Shown: positions 24,716-37,183 of the stretch, in pieces
How the letters are laid out: each line of letters begins with the position of its first letter
Numbering within the stretch: the stretch's first letter is position 1
Assembly (NCBI RefSeq): GCF_902652985.1
Contig: NC_047028.1
Location: 25,606,001-25,670,000 of the forward strand
DNA: 64,000 nucleotides
Origin: Pecten maximus
Lineage: Eukaryota
Reading direction: 5' to 3'
Notes under the pieces: model-generated
Told to the model about the DNA's origin: nothing
Seen by the model: the letters and a program-made list of their open reading frames with translations, nothing else
Databases searched by the model: none
Program-made: the position numbers and the translations under genes

Positions 24716-26288
24716 CATGTTTGAGCAAAATGTGAATGACCGGAGAAAATGTGAATGAAGGGGGATAATGTGATGCTATGTTACCATACCGTGAAACACA
24801 GCCCAAGAATCCATCATTTCAGTAAACGTTCCGAACTTCCTTTCTATGTTTTTTTTCTGTCTTTTGCATCTTAATTATTATTCTTGAGGTTAGCTTTTGA
24901 CAAATCAATAAGACACTGTGTATGTACGTGTTTCTAATATCATATTTCCTCAATCAAAGGAAGAGGACGTGGCCTGATTGTGACATACCACAACGACTAA
25001 CCCTGTGATAAATCAAAACAGGCTTACACAAACTGAAAGTTTTTTATGTTCCTGAAGATGATGACCAAGTGTAATATAGAAACGAAATGAGGATTAAACA
25101 CAATAGCAAAGGCGAATGTAGTCTTCTGTTATTTCTATTTATCAATCAATACTCAACCGTAATGAAGGTATATTATTATTTATTTTCACCAAGCAAAATC
25201 TGCAGTAAATGATGCGTTTTGAAAGCTTTCATTAACTAGATGTTATTGTCATTAATACGATATTTTTTAACATCAACTTTATCAAGATCTGTCGGTCATC
25301 AACTTTATCAAGATCTGTCGGTCAGCATCTTTACCAAGGTCAGTCGGACATCAACAATCTCAAATGAAAGAGATCACAGTTACATTTGAACCAGGTACTG
25401 GTTCTGGTTATTTGCAGGGGAATCGATTTAAATTATTGTTCTTTTTGTAAATAACCATTATACTGAGGACTCTGTCTAAACCAGACTCCACTGGTTCTAT
25501 ATTCTGCCGGTTTGTACAGATTGTTGGATGTAGATGATAATATTTATCAATAATGGACCTTTGTTGAGGTTAATATGGTGTTGTATCGAAATGGTAGAAT
25601 AAAAAAGTAACTGAAGGAGATTTTTTTATAATAAATTTAAAAATCGAACTAAATCAGTAAATCTTTAAGAGATTGTTTAATTTGTTGCTTAAACGTACTG
25701 TGTGTACTGTGATTTTTGAAATCTGAAATATCAAATGCGCACAATTTCCCTTCACCATCCCCCTGGAAATTTAAGCAGTTTTCTCAAAATGTTTCCATAC
25801 TCCGCTAGGCTTTTGTTCAGCTAAAGTGTGATCATAACGGTATGCGTGTCTTGTACATTACACGGTCCAAAGACACGTTAATCCTTGTATATTTACTTTT
25901 TCACATTTCCTAGAAGAGCAGCAGTATTACGTGGACTCTGATGGATGCTTCTTCACCTTTTTGGGTGAAAAATGTACAGCAGTTTTCAGTGTCCCGATCA
26001 ATTATTATAGAAATATCACATACTTTTCTCAATAAATGTGTTCGGCCAACAAAAAAAAGTGTGTTGGTTGAAATGTTTACTGGATTCATTTATAAGTCTC
26101 TTGTCGAGTTGAAATGCTGTCCGTTCAAAGCTGTTGTCTATCAACGATGCCGTTGGAGTAAACAAATAACAAGATGGAGTTTATTGTCCCACAGAGAAAC
26201 GTACGTTACTTCTCAGTTTTAATAGCTTCATTCATTAATTGACACATACACAACCGGAAGAAACGGTCGGTTGTTCAACCGATGTTGT

Positions 26289-28726
26289 TTAACCGAGGAT
26301 ACCGTCTGGGTCTTGAGTGACTGACGCAGGGGAGACTGTTGTTGTGACTAATAAAACAATTTCAAGCATATACATTCAATTACATATCAAATACTTTTAA
26401 TCTCTATTGTAAAAAAAAGAACCCCCCCCCTATGAAACCCCCAAAAAACAACCCCCCCCCCCCAAAAAAAAACCCCACACATAACTATTGACATAACACG
26501 AAACAGTTCAATGAGAGATTACTACTGGATATTGTCCGAGATTGCAACGCTTAAAACTTGTGTACACTGAGGTGGTAAACAGTTAAGAAGTCGATTCGGC
26601 CAATATTTGTTTACAATGTGCAATGATAAATGTCTAAATGTCTAGTATCACATTGTTTCTATCCATTGTTAAAAATGAATTATCTTCTAGAGAATGCCTA
26701 GTTGAGCTCTTTGCAATCACAATATTATCTACAATATAATGACTAACATAAAAACGATATACATGTACAAACCTTTGTCACAAAGGACTTTTGACGATTC
26801 ATCGCTGATCAACCTCATCGCTGTTATAAAATCATTTCCACAAGACCGCAGGGCAGGCGAGCTGAACAGGCAGGTGGCAGACATTTTAGCCGACCTGATG
26901 GGAAACATGATCTTATCTTAATATTTGCCGAGATATAGGAGCACACTTACTTCACAGTTTGTTTTATTGTATCACATTTCAAAATGCTTTTTCATATTTC
27001 AAGAATGTATTGCTACTGTTTGCGTTTTATTTACATAGGAATTGAATATACTGATGCATTCGATAATGAATTATGTATAATGTTTAACAGAAGTGATTTG
27101 CCGTGCACCTTTGCTGTTCAGTGCAAACTATATAATGGGACACTAAATTGAAAGCTTTTGAAAGCTTTGGTGGCGTTAAATTTAAGTGAATACTAAATAC
27201 AAGGTCGCTTTAAAGTGTAATAAATCCATTAATCTTTGTAAATATTGATTGATATAGGCATTCATATGTATATATTCCAAAGCTGGACTAAATTACACAT
27301 ACTTGCATATGCTATTGTAGATAAAGTTATATTCATGCTTGTAAATACATTGCGATTCAGGTATTCATATCATCTAAAAGGCGACTTCCACTATGATCAT
27401 GTCAGGGTATCGGGCCGATCATCACTGCGCCATTGAAACGTTCTTTATTAAGAACGCCGATGTGGCTTTTTCAGGCTCTCTAACCCTAACATGCAGTGGA
27501 TGACTTTCTGAACAGTGAAGAAAGGGAGTTCTATAAAGGGGGCATTGAGGCCCTTAAACACACACAAAAGTGTATCGATACTTAAGGGGATTATGTTGAA
27601 AAATAATACAATATGTCCGGCAAAATTCAAATTCTTCAATATGAGGATCGCAGCTTATCAATCAGCCCTTGTATATATATATGCTTGCATGTATTTATAT
27701 CGTTATTTACACTTTTTATTAAAGGAAATATTTTTAACAGTGTACCAGTTATAAAATTATTACGTTTTGCAAATAAAATGAAAATAAATAGGAAAGTTCT
27801 GCACCTGCACAATACATCTTCTATCGATACACCTGCGATAATCAGATTTGTTACCATAGCTTGTGTCTGGTTGACACATCCAGTTTGTATCTGTGCGAAG
27901 TCGATTCGATTTAGACAGCTATAACCACTTATCAAAGCTGCAAGAAGTAAAGAGCAATCTCAACAACATTTCTTTTAAAACAAATCTTATTTCAAAACTA
28001 GTTGTGTCTTGCTATCTCTTCAATGTAGTACACTTAAAACTTATTTTCACAAATACTCTTACAAACAATGTTTATAAACCCATATGGTAAAATACAAAGT
28101 AAATTTTGTTCAAATAACTTAATGGAAAGTTACGTCATGACAAAGAAATTTTTAAACGGAACATTCTTTTAGCTAAGGTAACCATAAAATAGATCTTTGG
28201 TAGTAACGCTAACAGAAAGCCTATCCAGATGTTCCTCTCGGTAATATACAGAAATACTTATTACTTTTGGTGATACACTTCGTTCCTAACTTGTCATTCG
28301 ATTTACAACTAAATGAAGGACATGGTAATTGTTGTGAAAACGTAATTGTCATTTGATATCAGTTTTTGTCGTTTATGCTTTGTTATTTTTAGGAATATAA
28401 GTAAATTAGTCTTCATAATAAATGTGAACATTAAATTGGTTACTGAATTGGCACAAAACCACGATCCACTCTGATGAATAAATTTAACATCGGAGCATAT
28501 ATCAGAAAATCATTTAAATACTTTATAAAGTTCATTGTTCGTTCTTTTGAAAAGCAGAACGATATAATTTAAACAACAGTTGAGTAGCTAGGCGAAATGT
28601 ATATGAATACTTTATAGACACATGTCTCTGTCTCTGTCTATCTCTCTGTCTCTCGCTGTGTCTCTCACTGTGTGTCTGTGTGTGTGTCTGTCTTTGTGTT
28701 TGTGTGAGTGTGCAAGGTGTCCGTCC

Positions 28727-28764
<38 letters not shown>

Positions 28765-30473
28765 ACTGTTTTCAAAAACAGTTCGTCGTTAATAAAAGCA
28801 TACATGACAGCTTAGCTGCATTACTGAACAAGACTGGCTAGCTGAAAATATAAACCATTACCTGACTTATGCATACAGGTAGTTTCCATCAAATGAGTCA
28901 GATCTGCATTGCTCAAAACGCTTGGGCTGCTGTAGTCTCCCTGGATACATTTCATCACGGTATCATAACAGCCAACAAACCGTCCGATTTGACTTCAATA
29001 TGAAATACACTCTTAAAATCACATCAATTGAACAGTTTGTTGTAATCCAAATACATGACTAAATGCAACTGATTATTATTAATTTCATTTCCCCCAGTTA
29101 ATTATCTAAATTCTAAATCTAAATCATCAAATGAGAACTTGACCTTGAATGACATTGCAGATGTCGTCGATGAAGCAGAAGAAACACCTGGTCTAGTTGC
29201 TTTAAATACTTGTATTTATTCAATTGTACTGTTTCCATATAAACCTATGTTATTTTCATATGTTGCTTTATAAAGCGACGATTATTAATAAGTAGTATAT
29301 TCCTGTTATGCAAAGAAGTTTAATGATTGTTATATATTGACTTTTACCTGCAGACTTTTGAAACATTAGAAAGTACTAGTAAAAACTGCAGTTAGAATTT
29401 TACATTTCTGGATAATATGTTGTATCATATAAATTATCTATTTTTTAACTGTCAACAAATGTTCAAAGTTGTAGTGGGACATATGATAGCGTATTACAAT
29501 GCTATATTTTCAACAAATAAAAAAAAATCATTTAAGTTTTTGTAATTATTCTTGTATCAAGGGTTTTCTAACCAAGAGAAGCAAGACACTGTTGCCTGAA
29601 AGAAAATATATCCTTTATTTTGTAAATCATTTCAAAATAGATAAAAGATTGATAACATAATCAAAATAATTAACATTTTGCTATCCTATTACTGGACAGT
29701 TTCATTTTTGTAGTTTACGGTTAAAGTTTCCTTTTGTCATGGCCAGTTATTAATGTCTAGGCCTGCCATTATGTGTTCCATCTCTGTATTTGTAAAAATA
29801 AAATACATGGGGAATTGAAGAGGTTAATGAAAATAGATAAGATATCGGGAACGTTTAATGTTCACTATTAGTAACTTACGGACATAATCGATTCATAACG
29901 TGCTCTGAATACAACTCTTGTGCCGGTGGAATAGGATTCAAATCAGTAGCATTAATCCCAAACGCTGACAGACAGGTGTAGTACTGTGATAGACATTGTG
30001 AAGAATCCGCGGCGGAAGTGACGTAAACGAGACATACCATAACGATTAACCCTGAAATTAAACAGAAGTACAAACCTTCACATACTGAAGCTCATTACGG
30101 CACTGAAGATCGTAACTAGACATTATGTGAATTGACTAATACTGTTACCGTAAAGTATATATATACATATAGGAGTAACAATAGAATCGCCAAGTTGATC
30201 CCCTAAAAGCGTACCAATAGTGTGAAACCAGGAACAGAAAGGTTCTAAAACCATCAAAAGAACGGCGAAAATATTTCAACTCATCGATTTATCATCAAAT
30301 GTATTAGGAATTTGTTAGATATTTTCAAAACAAATATGACGAAATGATAATGAAACTCAAATCGTAATACTAACACTGTCCTGAATTTAAAGATAGGTTT
30401 GTTCACATTGGCATAATCAATAGGTTGTTTAATAGATAAACAGAATTATCCATTACTTACCAAACGTATTCAT
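26289..30473 (-). CDS. Secreted cysteine-rich protein (209 aa, 12 Cys in two six-Cys modules, possibly DUF19/T20D4.11-like), 6 coding exons
   Basis: Exons 30473-30461, 30051-29880, 28992-28862, 27937-27805, 26894-26773, 26347-26289. Phases 1,2,1,2,1 are consistent; total 630 nt. Signal-peptide-like start MNTFGLIVMVCLVYVTSA; ends VTTTVSPASVTQDPDGILG*. AATAAA on the minus strand at 26185-26180. The family call is inference from Cys spacing. Confidence 0.8.
27455..27674 (+). mobile_element. Mariner-type transposon 3' remnant
   Basis: EFYKGGIEALK..KCIDT.GDYVEK* is the typical mariner transposase C-terminus. It is followed by a TIR-like TCAATCAGCCCTTGTA. Confidence 0.7.
28624..28763. repeat. Compound microsatellite (TC/TG/TCTG)
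   Basis: Runs of TGTCTC, TGTG and (TCTG)n. Confidence 0.9.
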
Positions 30474-30553
30474 TTCGAAGCTATATTTTCTTCGCTGATA
30501 ATTTCTGTCTTGGTTGGTCTTTCACCTTATCGGAACTGATCCAAAGGTAACTG

Positions 30554-30720
30554 TGTTCTCTTTATATTAGCATTTTATCTCAAGATTAGATAACCAGTCA
30601 ATAGCACAATTACTGTAAAAATAGAATTTGCTTTCGATCCCTATATAGGGTAAATACTATAGCACACATTTTGTCGAGCAAGCCTTTCTTGTTAAATTGA
30701 TAACCAAAATTTTACCACAG
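30554..30720 (-). promoter_or_regulatory. Putative proximal promoter/5' region of the secreted-protein gene, duplicated at 32663-32817
   Basis: Lies 80-245 bp upstream of ATG 30473 and contains the palindrome CCCTATATAGGG (TATA/CArG-like). Shares the 23-bp core GCATTTTATCTCAAGATTAGATA with the copy starting at 32663. Confidence 0.45.
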
Positions 30721-30919
30721 GCCGAGACGAATGTAAATTTTCATGAATCCATTTGAGAATAATATATGTGTCTTATAGCAGTGGCGTGGTTATCGAATCG
30801 TGAATTTAGACATTTATATAGCGTTTGATTTTCCTCAAGGCTGTTTCATGGCTTCATTAAACGTGAAAATGTTCTTATCTTTGTATCTTGCATTTCGAGA
30901 AGCTAGCTGACATGTCTCC

Positions 30920-32625
30920 TTCCAAACACGTCAAGTCTTGTAATTTCTATGCATGGGCAGTACGATGAGGAAATGCACCTACAGGGCATTCCTAGGGGCT
31001 GAAAATGAAGGGGTTACAGATGGAGCATCGGGGAACCAGTGCAGTTGAGTTGTTTAGTCAACAGTTCCTGATACATGTATCAGAGACTTCAGGTATTGAC
31101 ATTGGCTTCATTTATTCCCATTGATAAGTATTGGAGACACAGTGGATGCATTGGACTCTAAATCAATCAAGGCTATGGTTTGGGGGTCTGAATGTATGAA
31201 ATTGATTATTCTTCTGGATATAAATCAATAGTTGATTACAACCAAGATCAAGGGCCTATTTAAGGCGTCTTTGTGTTGAAACAAAAAGTAACTCAGAAGG
31301 AAATTGAACCAATAGAGGTTTCGATATAACCGATTTATGCTGCAATATTTACAGAGTGGCATGCTAGAGGACAGGCAATATGAACATATATGTCTATTGT
31401 CAGTTTGGCAGCAAAATCATTTAAAGGAATGGAGTAAGAAAATGGCGACGAGCAAAATTCCGTGCACGTCAAGCACGCTAGCCTGATAGGTCAAGGGCAT
31501 TGGCTGTTGGGGGAATGATATGTTTGACAACTGGTATACCAAAGGTACTTTCTCACAAGATAAAAACTCTGGTGTCAGATATGGCTGTGTTACTTTAAAG
31601 GGTTATGTCAAAGGTCAAATGTGGTTATTATCACAAATACTTACAGTTTGCGATATCTTGTTTTAGAGGTTAAACAATTTGGTTCAGGACATCAGAGGTC
31701 ACGTTAACATGAGCAGTCCGAGAAACAAAACAATATGGTTAAGTAAGGCCAGAATAGTAAATTTATGCATGTTTTTGTTAATGTGGCTAGATTAATTTTC
31801 GATCTCAAACGGCTCCATACCGTAAATAATATGATTATTCAGGTCCCAGATATCTAGGAATGTCTGAAAATTTGTGTTCTGCTTTACAAAATCATGATAT
31901 TCTGGTGTCAAAATAACAGCATGATTTGGATGGTGGACAGATTATAGCCCACTTGTAAAAGTAACCAATTTCAAACCTTTGGGTTTCACTGGTAGATTTA
32001 GATCATAAAACACTGTGGGTTGGAGAATAATCCAGAACCATCATATCCAGAACATGACGTTGTAAATGATTTCACAGCTGAGTCCTCTACCTCAGTCCAT
32101 CATTCGATTGAGTGTTGACAATGGTACAAAGGCACTGAAAGAGGGGTTTGGGGGAAGGGGGAGGGGGGCAAAAAAACTAAAGAGGGTGAAGATTAATACG
32201 GTGACAAATGCTTACGTACTTTTGAACATTATCTTGATGACCTTCTCTTTGGAAGTGGGGCAAAGGATAATGCCTGTATAGAAGTTATGAACTCTTTTGA
32301 TAATATATGTCAAGATAAGGTTTACCAGTGAGAAGACTGAAGGTCTAGTCACTTATTTATCTATTTTTTTCTTCTTTTAGCATTAAAGACAATATTTAGC
32401 AAGTTGTTAAGGTACTTGGAGTCCAGATTCAGTTTATTTCAAAAGACTTGGTTCAAAAGAGTACAATTCAATTTAATGACTCCAGAGTCTATTAGGAAAG
32501 TTCAATTCACAACTATGACAGGTGCTAGAGCCTTTTCTGGGAGAATGTACCGGCTGTTATATGGGGCTTCAAAACAAAACCACGTTATTCGTTTGAAAAA
32601 CAGAGTAATATATGGGTGTTGTTAA
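30920..32625 (+). mobile_element. Decayed DIRS/Ngaro-type (tyrosine-recombinase class) retrotransposon gag-RT relic
   Basis: Frameshifted motifs in the expected order: gag-like IYAAIFTE..YMSIV..DEQ/FRARQAR (~31330-31490); GRFR..SYPE..VNDF (~31990-32075); EHYLDDLLFG (32224); EKTEG (~32330); QSLLGKF..ARAFSGRMY..NHVIRL (~32480-32600). Boundaries are approximate. Confidence 0.7.
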
Positions 32626-32996
32626 AATTCGTCTAGATCTTTTAAGATACATTAAGATTACATGTTCTCTGCATATTGGCATTTTATCTCAAGATTAGAT
32701 AGCCGGTAAATAGTACGTTACTGCAAACATAGAAATTTAATCCTTATATAGTGTAAATAAAGCAACAGTTGTGTACGCTTCTCTTATTCAGTTGTTGATA
32801 ACCATAATTTCTCATAGTCCAAGGCACTACTTTCTTAATTCTTGTTTGTGATTTGTATACATATATTTAGCAGATTTTGATTTAGTTTACACTGTCTTGT
32901 CCTGAGACGTTATTTTCTGGAGTCATCAATATTGAATGTTGTGTATATATAGAGCATATGTTCGAACATGGTATTTCATTTTGTAGTTGTGTTGAA

Positions 32997-33039
<43 letters not shown>
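32997..33039. repeat. Poly-G tract (43 nt); a second of 24 nt at 183-206
   Basis: Seen directly in the sequence. Confidence 0.9.
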
Positions 33040-33040
<1 letters not shown>

Positions 33041-34076
33041 GTAATACCAATGTATGTTCAAGAAAACGTAATCATTAAAGCTTCGAAAGTTTCATGAAAT
33101 ATTTGTTTTGTTCATGCTGGAGCTAACAGCTGACTTTAATATGCCATAAACGTCCATACTTCTTTACCATATATATACTTAGTTCTTTTGTTCGATAATT
33201 GTGTATATTTCTGGTGGCCAGGCTCCATATGTATCGCTAAACATTATGGTTGAATACATGAAATAATTATGATGATGGAAAATTTCGGATCAATAAAAAA
33301 AATATCTAGAGAAGACTCGATTGCGTTATGGTAGCTTATATAATGAACAGGTGATGTCCGACGTATACGCTTTTGGTAGTATATGATATACGAATATTGT
33401 TACGGTTCATTTCAGCTGTAAGATATAAGTATGTACTTGAAACCAGTAACAGACCTATATATAGAATTATTTAAAGACTACATTAAAATAAAGGCAGCAC
33501 ATCACAAATTAAGTCAGATGAGTATTTTATTTTGTACAAAAATGCATTATGAAGCAATGAGATAACATTATGAATAATGTAAAAAATATTTTCTGTAGAT
33601 ATGCGGTGATACAATGTTCTATTTCCATCAGACGAAATGGAGTTGAATAAATGCATACATTCGCCTTGTGTTACTTATGATATCACAAACTCTCTTACTA
33701 AACATTTTCTGTCACAACAACATAAACATACCAACATTTGACAACCTTACTAATTATAATGCTTACAACCATCACACAACACATCAATACTTTGTAACAC
33801 AAGCTATTTTCTGCAATAACGCACACAGTAAATTCTAAACCATTTACTCAGTCAATATTTAGCCATTTATATGTCACATCTATTAGGTAAATTTAATAGC
33901 ATACCAACTCTCACTTTTCCTTTCGAAATTAATAATTTCATACAAACACTAGCATCCTGAGATTATTTCAATACATTGTTTTGAAATTATATACATCATT
34001 ATATTTTCACTGTTGGCACTTGAGAATTTTCAGTTACATATTAATAGAAAATGTCTTAAATAGTTATATTTTTTTT

Positions 34077-37000
34077 CTACTTTGTTTTTGTTTTTCTTCT
34101 GTAGTAGAGAACCTGGCACGTCAAAATAATGTTGAGTATGATAACTTGTATGAATGTCAAAATCATAATCCAGTCTTTTGTAAGAACAATCGACGTTGTT
34201 AATCGTCCACAACTTTGGAATATACACAAAAACGTTGACGCTGCTGACAGTTGTCCTGCACTTTTGTTTTTGTGATTCGTGTATATCTGTATAATCTGAA
34301 AAATGAAAATAATATTATTATTAAAAGACACTATTTATTGCCTACTAAAATCACAAACCTCTGCTGCAAACTATTTCAACTAATCCTTTTGATGCACTAT
34401 CAAATTTTACTTCAGCTTTGTCTACGTTATATAATTCTAAAGATGATAAATATTTGTTTATCAATGAGTTAACAAAAATCTAATAAAGTGTTTATACATA
34501 CAATGTACATGTATTTGCATTTTCGAGCAAAATTTAGCATACTGTTGTAGGTTTATGATTTTGTACGCGTTTTAGTGATAATCTTATTTTGATAAAAATA
34601 TTGCGTTGAATTATTGTTGTTCTATCTGTTTATTGTTTTATAAATGATGTATTTTGGAGATGTCATCCTATCATTACACTGATGTGGTTTTCATTATACA
34701 TGGCAACTGATTGTGCCAATTGAAAACGTAGTTTATTGATGCAAAACAACCTTAACATAACAATAATGAAGACACGTTATGCTACATTAAAATCAACAAA
34801 AATCTTTATGATACCGCCCTATCATAAAACATAAAAAAATAAATAAAATAAAATAATAAAAAAAAAACAATTTGCAAAAATAGACCCATTACAATTCCCT
34901 TATCTATTTAAATTCTTTAACTTAAGTTTGTCCATATTGAAAACAATATTTGATATACGGAAACAAAACTCGTTCTTCCTAAAATTATGTAATGCTTTCA
35001 CAGGTAAACTTTAAGCTGAAGAATTTCCTTAAGTTATAAATATTGATGAAACATTGGCCTGATATTGAATAATGCATTCGCCGAGTAAATACTATTTTCT
35101 ACCAATTTTCAAAGAATAGTTAACCTTACCCGGCTCGCACTAGCTGCTGGAAGACCGATGATATTGATGAATAAGATGACATCGCTAGGAATGACGGGAA
35201 GGATGAGGACGATCATCACAACGATGTAGAAAATCATAAAGGAAAGTGACGCTAGGGGGCGTTTGTTGTAGCGTAGCAAAAGGCACACCAAAATCACATT
35301 CTGAAGCATGAACACTAAATTCTCTCCCCACGAACTGAAAAAAGATAATTCAGTAACATGTATTGTAAAACTTTCTAGATAATGTAGAATAAATATATTT
35401 TGACTAAAGTAAACATGACTATATATCGCTTTATTTTCGCGACAGATTTATTCTCAAGAGATTATCTGTAAGCGAAGTTAAATCTCCCACGTTTCATTAA
35501 GAGACATGTAATTACGTTTTGTTATTTTTTAAAATCTCAATTTGTACACCGTTTTAAAGCTCCATTGACCTTAAAGAATCAATGTGATTGTTATATCAGA
35601 AGAAACAAACGGATACTACTTACTTGATTGGGTATTCCTTCGATAGTGAGTATGCTACACTTGAAGAGGACGCTTCCAGCATCAGCAGCATGCTGAGGAA
35701 ACTGACTCCAGAAGCATTTCGCCGACGAAGTATTTTGAATATTTGAGGAATTTGACCTAGAAATGACAATGATATTCATCTTATCTCTAATCTCTGAGGA
35801 CATAAACTACTAACGCAGACGTTAAACACTGAAATGAATCTGGATAGAATGCCTCTCGTTTAAAATGGAACAACAATTTGTCATCAATTACCAAGAAAAG
35901 TATTTGTAATGAATACTACCCTGACTTAATAATGAAATACTAAACTTAAACAACAGTTTATTTTACAAAATGCTATTTGTTTCTGGTTTCCGTAATTTTT
36001 ATTTTTGGATGGTGCTTGTATACATTATATACTCACTTATAGTTGCACTGCCGATGAGGAAATACCCCAGTGCTTTTGTAAACAGGATAAACCAGCATGA
36101 ACCTATAAATAAACAAATATATCAATAAATACATATCATAAACATATCTATTGGAATATGAAAGAAATTCGTCCCGATAATCCTTTTTTAAACGACTATC
36201 TATTCACATAAGAAGAGAAAACGATTTTTTTTCAGATCTAGCATTACAACTTAACAGCAATGATACATTTATATATAATTAATCTTACTTTGATTCTTTT
36301 TAGCTAAATAGTTTGCTAAGTATTATTTCCTCAAGGATTTGATTTTATTGTTATCGTTAAATGTTTTTTTTTTTTTTTCATTTTAACTGTCGAAATGTGT
36401 TCATGCTATTGCTTGGTTTTGTTACATATCAGTGTGGGTTTAGACATTGTGTACACATACTGAGTACAGATAGAGCATAGGTCAACAACTTATCACAATA
36501 GTCACGTGATTCAAGCCACGTAGACGTATTCGTAACCGGAAGTCGAATTAGATTTCTCCCGTCACATTTGTTATCATTTTGTATGTAAACGTTATTTGTC
36601 TAGTCTCTCTATTCACTAGTAGAACATACGTTAATCTAAGGTTTAAACAATATTATTTCAATGATTTTCAAATCGACCACACGACGATATTTAATCATTT
36701 ATCATTCAATGAGTTAAAATGAATACATTGCATACATATTGCATTGTTTTATCTCATTATTGCTCTCTCTGTCTAATGAATGCAAATAGCGTGAAGGTGC
36801 ATAATGAAACACCAATTGCAGCTTTTTACTTATTCTAAATATAATGTTTGAATTCTCCTCTTCATTTGCCTATCAATGTTAATGACGTAAATAAACATTA
36901 TACTTGAAGCATGCATCGAAACTAAAGCCATCCAAATGAAAAGTAAAACTTCATGGAATAAAGTTCACCAGATTGTATACGGATATCATTTTTCCTCTTT

Positions 37001-37183
37001 GTCTGAGACAAAAACAAGACCATTACCAAGATTTGCGAACACGTATCATCAGTTATTTTCCTTTCTGTGCTGGTTCTTACCTTGCATTGATGGACGTCTC
37101 TGTAAAATCTCGCTGTAGCAGTATTCCGGGGTCTCAACATAACCCATTGACTTAAGTGTCGTTTCTCTGTAAAGGATGCTCAT
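34077..37183 (-). CDS. MPDU1: MPDU1-like (mannose-P-dolichol utilization defect 1 / Lec35) PQ-loop membrane protein, 241 aa, 5 coding exons
   Basis: Exons 37183-37081, 36102-36037, 35756-35624, 35334-35130, 34295-34077; total 726 nt. Motifs PEYCYSE, TKALGY, QIPQIFKI..ASGVS, YPINSWGE, GQLSAAS..GRLTTSI and QVLYY match MPDU1 (PEKCYD, SKGLG, KLPQVFKI, FPFSSWGE, GQLSA, QLLFY). Divergent, so possibly a paralogue. Confidence 0.88.
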
